A program made the translations under genes and the position numbers. Shown piece after piece: positions 48,761-63,470 of a stretch of 64,000 bases of DNA. The DNA comes from Octopus sinensis (taxonomy: Eukaryota). The stretch spans positions 20,336,001-20,400,000 of the forward strand of contig NC_042997.1 in NCBI RefSeq assembly GCF_006345805.1, in the 5' to 3' direction. Within the stretch, counting starts at the first letter, position 1, and each line of letters begins with the position of its first letter. The notes beneath the pieces were generated by a model, which saw nothing but the letters and a program-made list of their open reading frames with translations, did not search any database and was not told the DNA's origin.

Positions 48761-51700
48761 CCTTATGGATGGATTGATGGATGGAAAGAGGGAGACAATA
48801 CCTCATCACTCTGATCTTAGTCTGATTTTACTTCTAAACCACTTCTGCTTGCAGCTTGTCTTCTGTGGTGTTGTTTTACTCCACGAGTCCCCTGTTTGTT
48901 GCTTTCATTATGAGCAGCAATGGATTTTGTATTTGTAGCTATGTGCAACCTGACCAGATAGTATTGACAATCATTTTCTCTTTGACTAAAACACTACTTT
49001 CACTTTTAACTCTCTACATACTGATAAGCACCCTTCTGTGCACTACCCCACCCCCTTATCTATACACCTACACATTCACACACACGTACTTATTGACTTG
49101 TTCATACCACACTTAAAGTACATTATCATTATTTTCTCTGCTCTCCTGAACACTCACTCACACCCCCACCACCACCACCACACACAGACCTATACAATCA
49201 TACAACATACAGATACTATATTACTCATATTATACTTATAGTACTTAGGTTCACTCACATACACATTTCCCTTACAATTATATAATACACATCTTGTGTA
49301 TTTCACCATCAACTCTATCTGTTGAAAAGCACCATTCTACACACATTTTTGCTATATCCACTTTCATCGGCCATCCACTATGCTGATTTTGCTGTAAACA
49401 ACTTATATTTCTTCTTTTATTTATTCTGTAATATTTTCAACAATGTACACTGATTTCTAATCTGCTTCTTCCTTATTGAGTAATTATATTCATTATATAC
49501 TTGTTTGTTTGAGTATTGGTTTTTCCCTGGCATTCTTTTTTTCAATATTTGTTAATGAATTTGACTACCTAAACTGGTTACTGGTTACTGCTTACTTTAT
49601 TTAATTAGAGCCATCAAATATGTGCTATTTACAATGTTTTCTCATACACAATAATAAAGAAGTGCATGCATGTATATGTGTGCTTTGGAACATTAATTTT
49701 ATTATCAACTGATTAAAAATCATAATAATTTCTGTATTTTCTGATAGTAATTCTTCTTCTAGTTGTGCCATTGGTACCAACAGAAAATATTCATGTATTT
49801 TAGACCCACAATCAGACATAACTTCTACCTTCTTTCCATCTTTCTGTTGTTCGTGAAAAAATACTTTCAATTTAGGGTTAACAGTGAAAACTTAATTGGC
49901 CCCTGCAACTATTCCATTTTAAACAAATCTATTCTATTATGTTAAATTTTCAATACTTGGGATTGGTTTCCAGAAAATTAATATTAAAAGTTGTTTTCAA
50001 TATATTTACTAACCTTTTGCCAAAAATTGTTTATCAGTAGTCTTAAACCACTAATAAAGTCTCATTTGGTTTCCAGCATTCACCTGAAGAAAGTTTTATG
50101 TAATAAGTCTTTATGAGGACACGAAATGTAAATAAATGTTATTCCAGTTTATGTAATCTCCAATTAATTCTATATCTATATTCTTTTAATGGTACAATTA
50201 AGTATTACCAAACTAAATGAACTACCATTAATTAAAATTGTTTTTAATCTAATTCATAGGAAATCAACTTATTATTTCAAACATCATCTTCTTAATGGCA
50301 ACAATAAAAATTGGCAAACTCTTATAGTGTATCAATAAATAAATTCGTTTATTCAAACATGTTTGATAACATTGTAAAGGGATTTGGTATTCTAGCTCAG
50401 AGCTTAATAAACCGAATGTACCTATCAGGATCATCATTTTAGTTCAAACTGGAATTTTCTCTGAATTCAATGTGACTTAGAGCACTCCTCGTTTATTTAT
50501 AAACAACTTATAGAATTTAGCCTGAATACCTATAGTGTTGTCTTGATAAACAAGGTACAATAATTATGGATGTTATATGGAATTCATTATGGAAATTTCA
50601 GAATAAGTGCATTAGTTTGCATGGAGGCTGCAACCATGGCCAATGAAATGAAGTTCTGTGCTAATCTAACCATTTGGAAAAGATAAAATCTGGGATCTAA
50701 GCAAAGGGATCTTCACACAGCACAAACTGCCAGAATAAACAGCCAACAAGAGATAAATTAGTCCTGAATATAAGATGCTATATTATAAGATGAATATTAC
50801 AAGCTAGAAAAAATATGGGATATATAGGCTGGTCAGAGAATGACAATTTAATAAGCAGTAAAGGTCACAGAAACACAGAGCCCAACGCTACAAGAACTCT
50901 TCCAAAGATATCATCTTCTCCTTCTTCTCTCCAGTAACGTGATAAATAATATTCTGACACTTTCATGGCCATCTGTCTATCATCATTGTAATATACTCAC
51001 ACATCAATGAAACAAACAAAAGCATTTTAATAAGTTTCTCAAAAATGCCTGGTGCAACTAATTCCACCAGGATACAGAGTCATGGCTTGCTGAATTCAAC
51101 AATACTACAATAACAAACATAGACGTTGTAATACATGCATTAAAAAGAAATCATTGTAGGTATATCCAAATGCTTACTTTCATAAGGTTGACATTATAAC
51201 CCCATTTCATGCTATAGCAACACTGCAGACAATGAAAATAACATTCAGTATAAAACAACTAAACAGAGAAACAAAAAAAAATTATAAACTATAAAAGATA
51301 GAAAACTGACTAATATTTGTATCCAATATAAAGCAGAATATAAAATTGCAAAATACTAGACAAAATAATTTACATCCTCTAATCTATCATATTTCTCTGT
51401 TTCCTTTCATTATCATTAAGGAAATCATGTTAGTCTCATTCAGACACTCTAATTTATGCAAACTTAAATAAATTGTCGTTCTCACAGTGCAAAATATTTC
51501 CAAACACCATACTCTCAGCTTTTCTCTTGGCTAGATACACCTGGCATCTTGCTCCCCACCTGGAATTGTTTTGAATTACACCTAATAGTGAGATCTTTCA
51601 GATTCGATATCTTCCTTCCAGTTATCTCTTATTCTTTTTGCTTCCAACTCATTGTAACTCTTAACCTAAGGCAATAACCAACAATCATACTGAGAATTAC

Positions 51701-54700
51701 ATTATCCTGGGAGAAGGATGAAATATTCACAAACACACACACACTCACACTAACTTGTCTTATTCTGTGGTAAGTACATAAAGCTGGAGATGAAAGGGGA
51801 TGAACATATGACTGAGAATGAAAAGCTTCAACTCAACAGTCTAGGAATCTTCACTAGAATAAAAATTTGATCTAAATTGGACAATAAGTGGTGGGTGAAA
51901 AAAGTGTTGTTTGTTGCTGGTGAGGGGTTACTTTTAAAGAGGAAAACCAAAGGAAACTGTTAGAAATGTGGTGAGGTGGTGAGATCACATCTCAGAACAC
52001 TGGGCTTCATAAAGGAGATGACAATGGGTCAGGATGATTTGCAATATATCTACAGCAGATGTTAAAACTTTGATGATGCTATTGATTTCTGAAGGAAGTT
52101 TAAACTTCTGACAATTATAAGAAAACTTAATAAGTTTTGAGGTTTGAAAGAACACCACCTGTAAAACCTACTGTTGTTAAATATTTTTCACAGATGTCTA
52201 ATTTGATTATGGAGCACTAAGTATATAGATATTGGAAAGCTGATTTAGGTCTGGTGCAGAATTAATCAATATAAGTGAAGATATACAAATGAATTTTCTA
52301 AAACTTTCATATTAAATTTATCAATTAACTAGAAATGAATTTCATTTGTAATATAGCAAAAATACTCCTATTCTTTAAGAGAAAATTCTTACAGAATATG
52401 CAAGAAAGTATTTACTTTTGCATTTGTATATTCTTATTTGCTTGCTTAGGCATATTTTGTGGTGATGTTATGTAGCTATTAATTGGGAGTCCAAACTTGT
52501 TGAAGTGCTGGCAATTCATATAATTAGTACAGTAAGTAAAACTGACAGCACAGAGAGATCCAGTGCATTATCGCATGTAATGTATATTTTATTTAGATCG
52601 TAATAAGTTGTTGCTACACCTCTCACACAAACAATTAATGTAACTCTTATTGTATCTTTCTTACATTATTCCTATGTAATATAAAAATCAGTCTGACTGT
52701 CTGCCTCCCTCTCTTTCTCTCTCTTTCTTTCTTTCTCTCAGTGAGACTATTCCATACATCACACATTACTCTGTTTTTCTCACTTATGTTTTACAGACAA
52801 ATCTACCTTCGGATACATATCAGTGTATTATTCAGTAACAATCTTGGCTTGCTCATTTTTTCTTGTATTTATCTTCAAATTTGATGATATTCTAAATCTA
52901 ACTGCCATCTAAGTAACTTAGACCAGAATTTGAGTACTGTGCAATACACTGCAGAATTTATTAGTTAATCAGTACTCTTTATTTTGACAAAATATTATTG
53001 ACCAGATTATAATAAAAAAATCCATTTTTTAAACTGAAAATTCTGTTTTGGATGGTGGCTTTAGACCCTTGTACCTGTCAGGTGTTTGATACTAACAAGT
53101 TGCACACACAATTTTATTTAACTCAAAATATCAAATTCTGTTACTTTTCCCTTATAATGTTTTGAACAATACATGATGTATTTATTTATATATCAAAGTA
53201 TTTTCCTATATTTCTTCGAAAGCTATTTAAATGCAAACATCTTCCACATTTTCAAATGTGTTTGTTTAACATTAACATTTACTCCTGAGTCCTGTTCCAG
53301 TCACCACTTTCATGAGATAAAACACTGAATAATTTATTATCTAAACATTCCATTCCTTCTTGAATGCATTATTTTGTTATAATTATCAAATCCTGCCTTG
53401 GTCTTTATCGTGGTGAGGAACAAAGGTTAAATAAACATCAGAAATGCTTTGCCTCATGCAGAAATTGCTGATGCTACAAAAAGTACTTGTATGCTTTTCT
53501 CTTGAAGCTTTCAGAATGGCAGAAATATTTCTGTATCATCAGTGGGTATCTTAGAATTACAAGTGTTTCATCCCTAGGCCTGTACACTTCAACTGAATTT
53601 GGTAGCAAGGAGTGAATTAGTCTTCACTTGTAGAAGGGTTCCATCTACACTCTCTCTCATCAACCACAGCTACCTTGAGTTGGTTTCAACTGCTATGCCT
53701 GTCTCTTTGGTGGCTTTCTTCAGCTGTATGGATCCCATACCAATCTTCTGCATGAACTAGTGCACTGAGTTAGCTGGAAAGCTGAGGCAGTCGATTTCCA
53801 TAGGAACAAATATTTCAATGAAATTTCAATGATTCCACTAGAATATGACATATAGTTTTTAAACTATTATTTGAACGAAAAAGGTATACATCGTAGCCAA
53901 CTTTGGAAGGATAAAAATATATAATATTTTTGCCTATTTACCTGACCTTTACATTAGAAAAACATTTCATTATTTTCATCTACACTACATTTCAATTCGT
54001 TTGATCACAGATCATCATGAAATACTTTTTCTTAAACCAGTATGGATTCAAAGAGCCTATGTCTCTAAACAGGGTAATAATGTTTATATTTGCTATGCCA
54101 CTAATCCATATATATTTAGATGTTTAATTATCTTTAATAGACTTTGATCTTACAATGTTATATTGCTATGTTATTTCATAGTATCAAGTTTGACTTTTAG
54201 CCTTTGCACTACCTTCTCAACACAGAAGCAACAAAAGAATTAATGTAGAACTTTCAAAACATTTTTGCTATTTTCTCAGTTTTGCTTAAGTTGCAAAAAA
54301 TTTAGGTCACTTTGCCACTACTTCGAAGTTTTAAGCTCATAGAGTGTGAGTACTCAAAGCAAAATGAAACAAGTTTAAGAGTCTTTAAATTGAGAAATCT
54401 TCATTTGAGAATTTTTTTAATTCTTATTCTTATTTCACTAAGATTTTCAATAATGTAAATGACTGTCAAATTGACTTATTTCAGCTGAGAGGTTTAAACA
54501 AATGCTGTTCAATCAATTTTCTTCTTATTAGATGAATCTTTGTAATGGTAAATTTACATGAGACAACATACAAAGAAGACATAGAATGTTTGGCACAACT
54601 AACAACGTGCCAAAACGTAATCATTCATTTGTTTTCTAAATCAAGTCTAAATTACATTAATCAAAATAATTAATCTTCAAAGCTGAAACAAGATTATGCC

Positions 54701-55436
54701 AAGATTTTTCTTAAGGTTGCACAATGACTGCCAACCATTAAACAGGTAGTATCATTGATAGTGAAAATCCTACAGGCTGAACTTCTTTCAAATTATGCAT
54801 AGATACATGTGTGTGTGTGTGTGTGTGTAAACACACATACACATACATATATTCATACATGTGTGTATTATGTATGTATTATTAACCATCTGTTACTCTT
54901 CCCTCACCCACCCACCCACTATGAATATATCCCATGACCCACTGTCCATGTCCTCTCTTATACTCACCTTGTTCTTTGACAGTTTGCTGTAACTGCCCAT
55001 CATTATCTTCCTTTTATGATCTTCAGCTATGCATCTCCTCTACAGCAAGACACCTGTGCTTATCCCTCTACCATACTTTTAGCCTTTCAACATATGGCAT
55101 AAAACCAGCCACTTACACCTTCAACTCTCAAATACTCCCCCTTTTAGTAACGGGAGAATTTTCGATTTTTGCTTGTTCTTTTTTTGTCTTGCTACTTACA
55201 TGGTAATCTCATTAGTGCTGGTGGCATGAAAAATCCACACAGTACACACAATAAAGTGGTTGGCAATGGTAAGGGCATCAAGCCATATAAACCTTGCCAA
55301 AGCTGACACTGGAGCTCATTGTGACCTTGCAGTTCAATGGATCCTGTCAAACTGCCCAACCCATGCCAGCGTGGAAAACGTATGCTAAATGATGATGTTG
55401 ATGATAATATGGATTATTCATATACATATTCATATG

Positions 55437-55483
<47 letters not shown>

Positions 55484-55487
<4 letters not shown>

Positions 55488-55640
55488 CTTATAAAATAAG
55501 GGCAAAAGAAAAATTCTAATGCCAAATATGCAAATATTTTCTTTTGCCCTTATTTTATAAGTTATTTGTAAATTTAACCTTTAAAGGTATTTTTTAATAT
55601 GCTGGCCATTGATAAAATTTTTTTGAAAAAAAATTTTATC
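55484..55640. repeat. Cluster of three inverted repeats next to (TA)n
   Basis: 29-bp perfect arms 55484-55512 / 55537-55565; 12-bp palindrome acctttaaaggt; 14-bp arms at 55611-55640. Confidence 0.85.
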
Positions 55641-55719
55641 CTACATTAGATGTATATATATATATATGATGATGATGATATATATACACAAAGAAATTTT
55701 TATTAAATTAAGAATTCAT

Positions 55720-56460
55720 CATCATCATTTAATGTCTTTTTTCCATACTGTCATGGATTGGACAGTTTGACAGATGATTGTGTCTATTTTGGCATGGTTT
55801 CTACAACTGAATGTCCTCCTTAATGCCAACCACTTCACAGAGTATATTGGGTGTTCCTACACAGCATTGGCACAAGTGTATTTTACGTGGTGTTGGCACT
55901 CATGAGCCCACAAGATTAGGAATGCTTAGTAGAAGAGGAGTGCAAGGGACATGCCTGCATGCAAGGACAACTTCAATTTTGCTTAGCTTGATGTGTCTTC
56001 TCAGGCACAGCAAACAACCAGGAGTCTCAGTTCTCTGTCATCCCCTCTGTGAGGCCCACATCTGAAGATCTTCTGTCACCATTTCGTCCCACAGTTTTCT
56101 GAGTCTACTCGGTCCACGTATTCCCTCCACAATTAGAAATCAGCACTTCTTGCTGCAACTGTCGTCATAGATGCACGTTAAATGACTGTACCATCGTAGT
56201 CTTCTCTTTTGCACACTACATCTGATATATAAGGCATCAGATATGAGTTTCCTCAGATATGAGTTTCCTCTCAACTTATTTATACTCTGTTGAATATAAA
56301 CAGTGACATTACGCATCCAACTGAGCATACTAGCTTCATTTCTTTCAAGCCTTCACATATCCTCAGTAGTCACGACCCATGTCTCACTGCCATGTAACAT
56401 AGCTGTTCATAGACAGGCATCATACAATCTGCCTTTCACTCAGGAGGAGAGGCCCAATCT
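55720..56460 (-). mobile_element. RTE 3' fragment
   Basis: KGRLYDAC...AMLHGSETW...RRLRWYSHL, followed by 3' UTR and (GAT)n. Confidence 0.8.
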
Positions 56461-57779
56461 ATAAAAAAACAGAATGACATAAACCATTTGGAAGGAAGTT
56501 TTTGTATTATGTTAATTCCTTGAAATGTTTACAGTTTTACAAACATGTATCATGGGGTAATCCTTATGTATAATTACGCAAATACATTTTAAAGGAAGCA
56601 AGAGCATTCTTTTGCATAAATTGATATTATTTCAAATGTTCATCCTTTTCTAAATATAAGCTGATATATTGAGAATGCATTTATATATTGCACACAAAAG
56701 AAATATAGAATTTAACTTCAAGTACTTTGCAAAGTACTCTAAAACTTAATGAAATGATCACAATAACTTGTATTGAAAAGAGGTAAATATTATCAAACAA
56801 GGTTTACATTTCCAACAAAACCAAAGCAAGAACACGACATGCCCTCCTCCTCTTTTTACTCCTACTCTCCGCTTCCACCTCCTCTTCATCATCATCATCA
56901 TCATCATTGTTATAGGTCCACTGTCTGTGATGGCATGGGCTGACTGGATCTGCCATTCCAGATGGATCAAAAAGACCTCATTTTGCAAATTCATTTTAGC
57001 TTGGCTTCTATGACTGGATGTCCTTCCTAACACCAACCACTTTACAGAGTACTTTTACCATTTTACTGGCTACTGTGTTCAAATCACCAGAACTAGAGAA
57101 GTACCTTGTCCTCAACAAGACTAAATTGTTCTTACAATTTTACAATTTTCAATTTGACTAGAAGCAACATATAGCAAACAGAAGAGTTTCACACTGAAAC
57201 ATAATACAGTGATAATTAAGAAGAATAAGGAGTGATTGATAGATAACCAATAGACATGGGCAAGAATACAATGTATGAGCAATAAAAGCACAGGTGTAGG
57301 AATGCAATGCATGGCAAAATAGTGCAGGGTATAGTAAACAAAAGAAAGAACCACTGCTGTCCTTAGTCATACCAACAACATAGTTACAGTGTGCTTTTAC
57401 CATTTCACTGGCTACTGCGAGGGAGGAAATATGAAATGGCTAATATGGCCATGGGCACATAAAGCATGAGTGAATAAAATAAAAGCATGGATGAAAGGGA
57501 TGAAGGGGACAGTGAATGACAGAGTATTTTTATGAAGTGGGTGGGACACAGGCTTTCAATGTGGCTCAAAGAAAGCCCACATAGTTCATTATATGGTTCA
57601 TGCCCATATGGACAAATGAAAATGCCAAAGAACTATATTACTTCTATGTTCCCTATCAATTTGTATTCTATAACAAAAAATAAAAATGAATATAGTGTAG
57701 CCATATTTGAAAGAAAGAGAAAAGCAATTTCCAAATTCTATGAACTCTAAAGGTAGTGAAAGATTCTATTTCAGGTGTA

Positions 57780-59525
57780 ATGTTACTTCATTATACGGGA
57801 GTTTACATTTTTGACAACCTACAAACCGTTGATGGTGTGTTCTACAACGCCTATAAAGGAGCTACAAAACAATGAAATCTGCTCGAAAATGATGACAAAT
57901 GGAGGAGATGCATGACAGAAGCATCATTAGTTCAATTGACCAAATGATGGAAGACTGTGTCAGAAACAATCCAAGAGTTGTAGCTATTTAAGAAACACAG
58001 AGATAAAGAGTTGACTTTGTCAGTACATGAATTAAGTTGTTGTAACAATGTTCTTCTTTAAATATTTTACCCTGTAATGAAATAAATGAAAATGAGGAAA
58101 TTGACATTCTTCAACATCTTAACAAGTGTTTAAGAAATTTTATGAAAATGCAACCTCAGGTACTTCAACATATATTTTCTTCATTTGTATACTCAGCAAT
58201 GCAACACAGTTTTCTTTTTAGATATTCTGGGAAATTATGGAGTAACTAGTCTACACTCATCATCATCATCAACATCGTTTAACATCCGTTTTCTATGCTA
58301 GCATGGGTTGGACGGTTCAACTGGGGTCTGGGGAGCCAGTAGGCTGCACCAGGCCCAGTCTGATCTGGCAGTGTTTCTACAGCTGGATGCCCTTCTTAAC
58401 GCCAACCACTCCGTGAGTCTAGTGGGTGCTTTTTACATGCCACCTGCACAGGTACCAGACGAGGGTGGCAAACGGCCATGATCGGATGGTGCTTTTTATG
58501 TGCCACTAGCACGGGGGCCAGACGAGGCTGGCAACGGCCACAATCGGATGGTGCTTTTTACGTGCCACCAGCACAGAGGCCAGTCGGGGTGGCGCTGGCA
58601 ATGGCCATGTTCGGACGGTTTTCTTATGTGCCACTGGCACTGGTATCACAGCTACAATTTCCATAATATAATAATCTTAGACTAAAGAAAATCATTGATG
58701 TGCTTTTAAAGCAAGGTATTCGTCGTAGCAGACCCTTGCAAGTTGGTGGAAAAATTATTCTGTTGCCAGAAAGCTTTCACGAAGCAACTCTTGTGATACT
58801 AAAAATTTCTCTTGTTGCTGGTGTAGAAAATTGTGTTAAATCAGCTTATCTCTGGCCTAATGTAAAATTTCTAAGCCTAACAGAAATATGAGAATCACAG
58901 ACAAGAAGAGTTTAATAGATAACTTCTTGGCTTAGAAATGGTACACTGATACACAAATGGGGAATGTAAGAAGATCTAATAGATATACCTCATGAATTAA
59001 TATCAGGTTAAAGAGGTTTTATCAGAAACATATTTGGAGATTCAATAGATGTCTCAGGTGAAGAATCAGCTGAAGGTGTATCATAAAAGATAAACTGAAC
59101 TCCTAAAACATGTAGATGCTTTGAAAGTCAATAACAACATTCTTGCATTACTTTCAGTCAATAGAATTATTGACCGCAATGATGCCACAATGGAGTGATA
59201 ATGGATTATCCAGTTGAGGCCTAGAATACATTGACTCTCTTGGAAATGTTACATGCCTTGATAGTAAAGGATGGTATGATTATTATGAAATTATGCAATT
59301 TAGAGTCAAGACTTGGACTGTTTAATTGGGCACAGGTTTTGATAAAATCTCTTTGTGATAGCATTTATGGACAAATATTGACTGTTGTTAAGAAATGGAT
59401 GGAGATATTCATCTCAAGATTAAATTTAACACTCAATGATATCAGTCTTTGTTGTAGTTTAAACAGACAACGATTTCCTGTTGTTCTGGTATTTGCAGTG
59501 GCCATTTACAAATCATAAGATCATG
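57780..59525 (+). mobile_element. Fossil Helitron Rep/Hel (PIF1 helicase) coding remnant
   Basis: LQTVDGVFY...LLENDDKWRRCMTEA; GGKIILL...CVKSAYLWPNV; RQRFPVVLVFAVAIYKS (cf. RRQFPVRLAFAMTINKSQG); deletions, stops and an RTE insertion. Confidence 0.75.
58255..58650 (-). mobile_element. RTE 3'-UTR insertion within the Helitron fossil
   Basis: (CAT)n tail, tccaacccatgctagc motif, tandem ggtgctttt..tgcca units. Confidence 0.8.
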
Positions 59526-59779
59526 AGATTTCTCTCATGTGTAACTCAGCAGAACTAGAACTAAAGGTAAGTTGATACTGCATGCTGAAAATAAGTACAA
59601 CCAAAGGAATCGTTCTGAGAACAAAATTTTAAATAAAGATGTTATAATAAAAGAGTAAAGACACCTGTCAAGTCTTTGCCTACTCAATATGTGTGTATGG
59701 CAGTTTCTCTGAAAGAGAATTGGTGAAGTTTTCAGTTTGTTACCAAAGTTACTGAATAGCTGTAGAGAAAGAAGTACTG

Positions 59780-60075
59780 AAAGCATAGTTGTGGAAAATA
59801 AGAACAGGATGGAGAAAGCTCAGAGAGCTATTTTCTTTGTTGGTAACAAAAGGCCTCTCTCTTAGACTGTAAAGCAAACTAGACTGTGTGATACTAGTGT
59901 ACAAACAGCCATGCTACATGGTAGTGAAAAATGGCCACGATTGTAGAGGAATGAAGTTAGCCTGCTTTGCTGGATATGCAATGTCAGCGTGCATATGCAT
60001 TACAGAGTGAATAAAGGAACCAGATGTAGTCTGCAAGAGAAAAGACTGTACTGGTATGGTCATGTGTTGCGTAAG
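59780..60075 (+). mobile_element. Decayed RTE RT C-terminal fragment
   Basis: Matches 62560-62790 (LVTKGLSL, AMLHGSE, RLYWYGHV). Confidence 0.65.
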
Positions 60076-60688
60076 AACTGATTGCTGAACACACCATCTT
60101 TTCTACTTTTCCAGCTGGGGTAGCCATATATCTCCTCTACAGAAAGATGTCTGCTTCTATTCCTCTGTCAACTCTTACTTCTCAACATTTGGCATATGCC
60201 CCCTTCCTTAATAATCCCGACCTCTTTCAATCAATTGAATAAATAGACATAATTGAATGTTTACTGGCTGATGTCTGTCGATTTTATATCCTCTCCATTT
60301 TCTTACTTGCCATATAAATCATGGGTAAATTACTTTTTTGCCACTGCCCATATATAATACTCATTTGCGAGATTTCTATGCAATAACTAGCACTTGACTA
60401 TGAATAATTGGGTACACTACCAGCAGTATATTGGATAGGTACTATCCCTTAGTTGGTTTCTCAACCTCTAACACACACAGAAATATATATGTATATATAT
60501 ATATAGAATATGTGTGTAATATTGTAATAATAAAGTCAAACCAAATAATATTTTGAAAACGTTTAAGCATTTAATTGATGTTTGAGATCTTCTGTAGTAT
60601 AAAATATGAAATGTATCCTCTTACACAACACCTTCTTCAGTGAATACATTACAAATTATTTGGTTTTACTTTATTATTATAAGCACGT

Positions 60689-60730
<42 letters not shown>

Positions 60731-60851
60731 ACATACATATATCAAAACATGAAATTGGAAAAATTTTCGGTATTATTTATACACCATTACACAGCTTCAG
60801 TTATAACACTAGATACATACATAAACTTATATATATATATAAAGATAAACG

Positions 60852-61145
60852 TAGCCCTTTTCAAGCCTAGTCAGGCTCATGGGCCTGGTTTCCCAGTTTC
60901 AGTGGCGTATGTGTTCCCCCCAGCTGGAGGGGATGCCAGTCCATTGCAGCGTTACTCAAGAAAGAGGAAAAGAGAGTGAGAGAAAGTTGTGGTAAAAAAG
61001 TACAACAGGGGTGCCCCCCACCACCACCTGCCAGAGCCTCGTAGAGCTTTTAGGTGTTTTCAATCAATAAACACACACAAAGCCCAGTCTGGGAATCGAA
61101 ATCGCAATCCTCCGACCGCGAGTCCGCTGCCCTAACCATTGCGCC
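60852..61145 (-). mobile_element. tRNA-derived SINE (head A + tail Y)
   Basis: 5' part matches 34827-35181; 3' part matches 45890-46157. Confidence 0.85.
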
Positions 61146-61149
61146 TATA

Positions 61150-61184
<35 letters not shown>

Positions 61185-61682
61185 GGCTGTGATGAGACTG
61201 TTTGAAACATCATTTATTACATAACTTTTGCTATCAAAATCAGTGAGTAAAAATGTAAAATATTATGCATAAATTTAACCTAGTACTCTATGTTCTATGC
61301 TTCGAATTGGTATGTAATATGTTGATATGCAAGCTATAGCATATCACTCGTGCCTTAGAGACAGATAAGTGTAGACATCCACCCTTACACACATAATTAT
61401 GCTGACTGATGTGGAAGCTGCAGAAATATGAGAGAAAATATCGATCATTGTGGTGGAAGTGATTGATCAACAGGAAGACATCTCATCATCATGATGCGCT
61501 TTCATAACGAGATAAATGGCCTGTCTACGTGAGAAATTTGAGTAGGCTAAATATTTTGTTATTTTATTTAATGCCTAATTCATAGCTACTATTATAGCGA
61601 TACAATTTTGTTGCTTTTTTCCGCTTTCATTCAACATGAAATTGTTCATTAGTAGCTATGTGCTAAATTGATTTGTACTCAC

Positions 61683-61775
61683 CTTCAGGGTTATACCGAG
61701 GTCATTGGTATGGATGAAATAATATATCCACTGACTGCAGAAGCAGTCAATATTAATTATTGTTAAAATATATCT
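61683..61775 (-). CDS. Candidate internal exon (93 nt, phase 0-0), RYILTIINIDCFCSQWIYYFIHTNDLGITLK
   Basis: Acceptor gtgttttacatag, consensus donor AAG|gtgagt, open frame with length divisible by 3. Confidence 0.45.
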
Positions 61776-62169
61776 CTATGTAAAACACTACCAACTTGTT
61801 AACTTGCTTCGAGAAGTTGTAAAGTAAACCAAAAACTTGATACTGCATTAGAGAGTTTTACAATAATTTTGATTGTTAGTCTTTACTTTTTAGTTATCCA
61901 AATGATGTTTAAAGTATTACATGTGTGTTCATGTATGTGTGTTTCTGCAAATGTATGTACATGCATGTGTGTATGTGTGTGTGTGTGTGTGGTGTGTGTG
62001 TGTGTGTGCATGTGTGTGAGTGCATGTGTGTGAGTACATGTGTGTGTGCATGTATATAAATATGTGTGTATGTATGTATGTGTATATATATATGGCCAGT
62101 ATATATATATATATATACTTTGACATATCAAATCCTGTTCATACATACAACTCATGCCAGCTTAGAAGG

Positions 62170-63470
62170 TGGACATTATATAATAAAGCAAGGTCTAGAA
62201 TTGAAGGGCTTTAGAGTCAATGTTGCAAAAACCAAAGTTTTAGTAAGCAGGAAGACTGTCAAATCACAACCCTCTTCAAGTAGATGGCCCTGCTTGACCT
62301 GTAGAAAAGGTGTGGGTAGAAACTCCATACATTGTAACCGATGGAAGCTATGGACACATAAAAGGTGCAGCAATATCAAAGGAAGTTTAACCAGGAAAAT
62401 AGTTTTTGTGTTTGGCAGATGCACAGAGATAGTAAACACTAAAGATGTACAGAAAATAGATTTCATCACATGCCAGAGGGAAAACCTAGAAGTAGTTAAC
62501 AGCTTCCACTACCTAGGTGACCAAGTCTGTTGTTGGGGTGGTTGCTCTGAGAGTGTAGTCACTAGAGTAAGAACGGCCAGGGCAAAGTTCAGGGAGCTCC
62601 TTTCTCTGCTGGCAACTAAAGGCCTTTTACTCAGGGTGAAAGCTAGACTGTATGATGCATGTGTGTGAACTGCCATGCATGTGTCTGAGCTACACGACAG
62701 AGTGTAAGTACCCTGAGAGAAAAGTTGGACCTAAGAAGCATCAGATGTGGTGTCCAAGAGAGATGGCTGCGTTGGTATGGTCATGTGGCGAGAATGGATA
62801 AAGATAGCTGTGTGAAAAAGTGCCACACCCTAGCGGTTGAGGGGAACCTGTGGAAGAGGTAGACCCAGGAAGACCTGGGATGAGGTGGTGAAGCACAACC
62901 TTTGAACATTAGGCCTCACTGAGGCAATGACTAGTGACCATCATGACCTTTGGAAATATGCAGTGCATGAGTAGACCCAGCAAGCCAAGTGAGATGGCAG
63001 GGATGTAACCAGCCCACTTATGTGTACTTTTCCTTCATTGGATACTAAACTCTCCTTGCAAAGACCTGTTGAGGCAAGTGAAATCAAAAGCGAAATTAAA
63101 TCAAATTTGATGACTGGCACCTGTGCCAGTGGAACGCTAAGAGCACCATAGGAGCATGATCGTTACCAGAGCAGCTGACTGGCTTCCATGTTGGTGGCAC
63201 ATGTAAAAACATTGGAGCGAAGTTGTTGCCAGTGACACTGGACTGGCTCCTGTGCAGGTGGCATGTAAAAAACACCATTTGAGCGTGGTCGTTGCCAGTA
63301 CTACCTGACTGGCCCTCGTGCCAGCGGCATGTAAAAGCCCCCACTACACTCTCTGAGTGGTTGGCATTAGGAAGAGCATCCAGCTGTAGAAACTCTGCCA
63401 GATCAGTCTACAGTCAAATCGTCCAACCCGTGCTAGCACGGAAAGCGGATATTAAATGATGATAATGATA
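62170..63470 (+). mobile_element. 5'-truncated RTE LINE (RT C-half with Cys-rich insert, 3' UTR, (GAT)n tail)
   Basis: KGFRVNVAKTKVLV...WPCLTCRKGVGRNSIHC...HKRCS...FHYLGD...LYDACV, later LRWYGHV and GRPRKTW. Confidence 0.9.

Noticed and set aside
49625-49890. 88-codon minus-strand open frame (VFFHEQQKDGKKVEVMSDCG...)
   Set aside because: Weak splice signals and no homology I can recognise.
53440-53830. Possible ancient mariner remnant on the minus strand
   Set aside because: Only vague similarity; no WVPHEL, DDD or YSPDL motifs and no TIRs readable.
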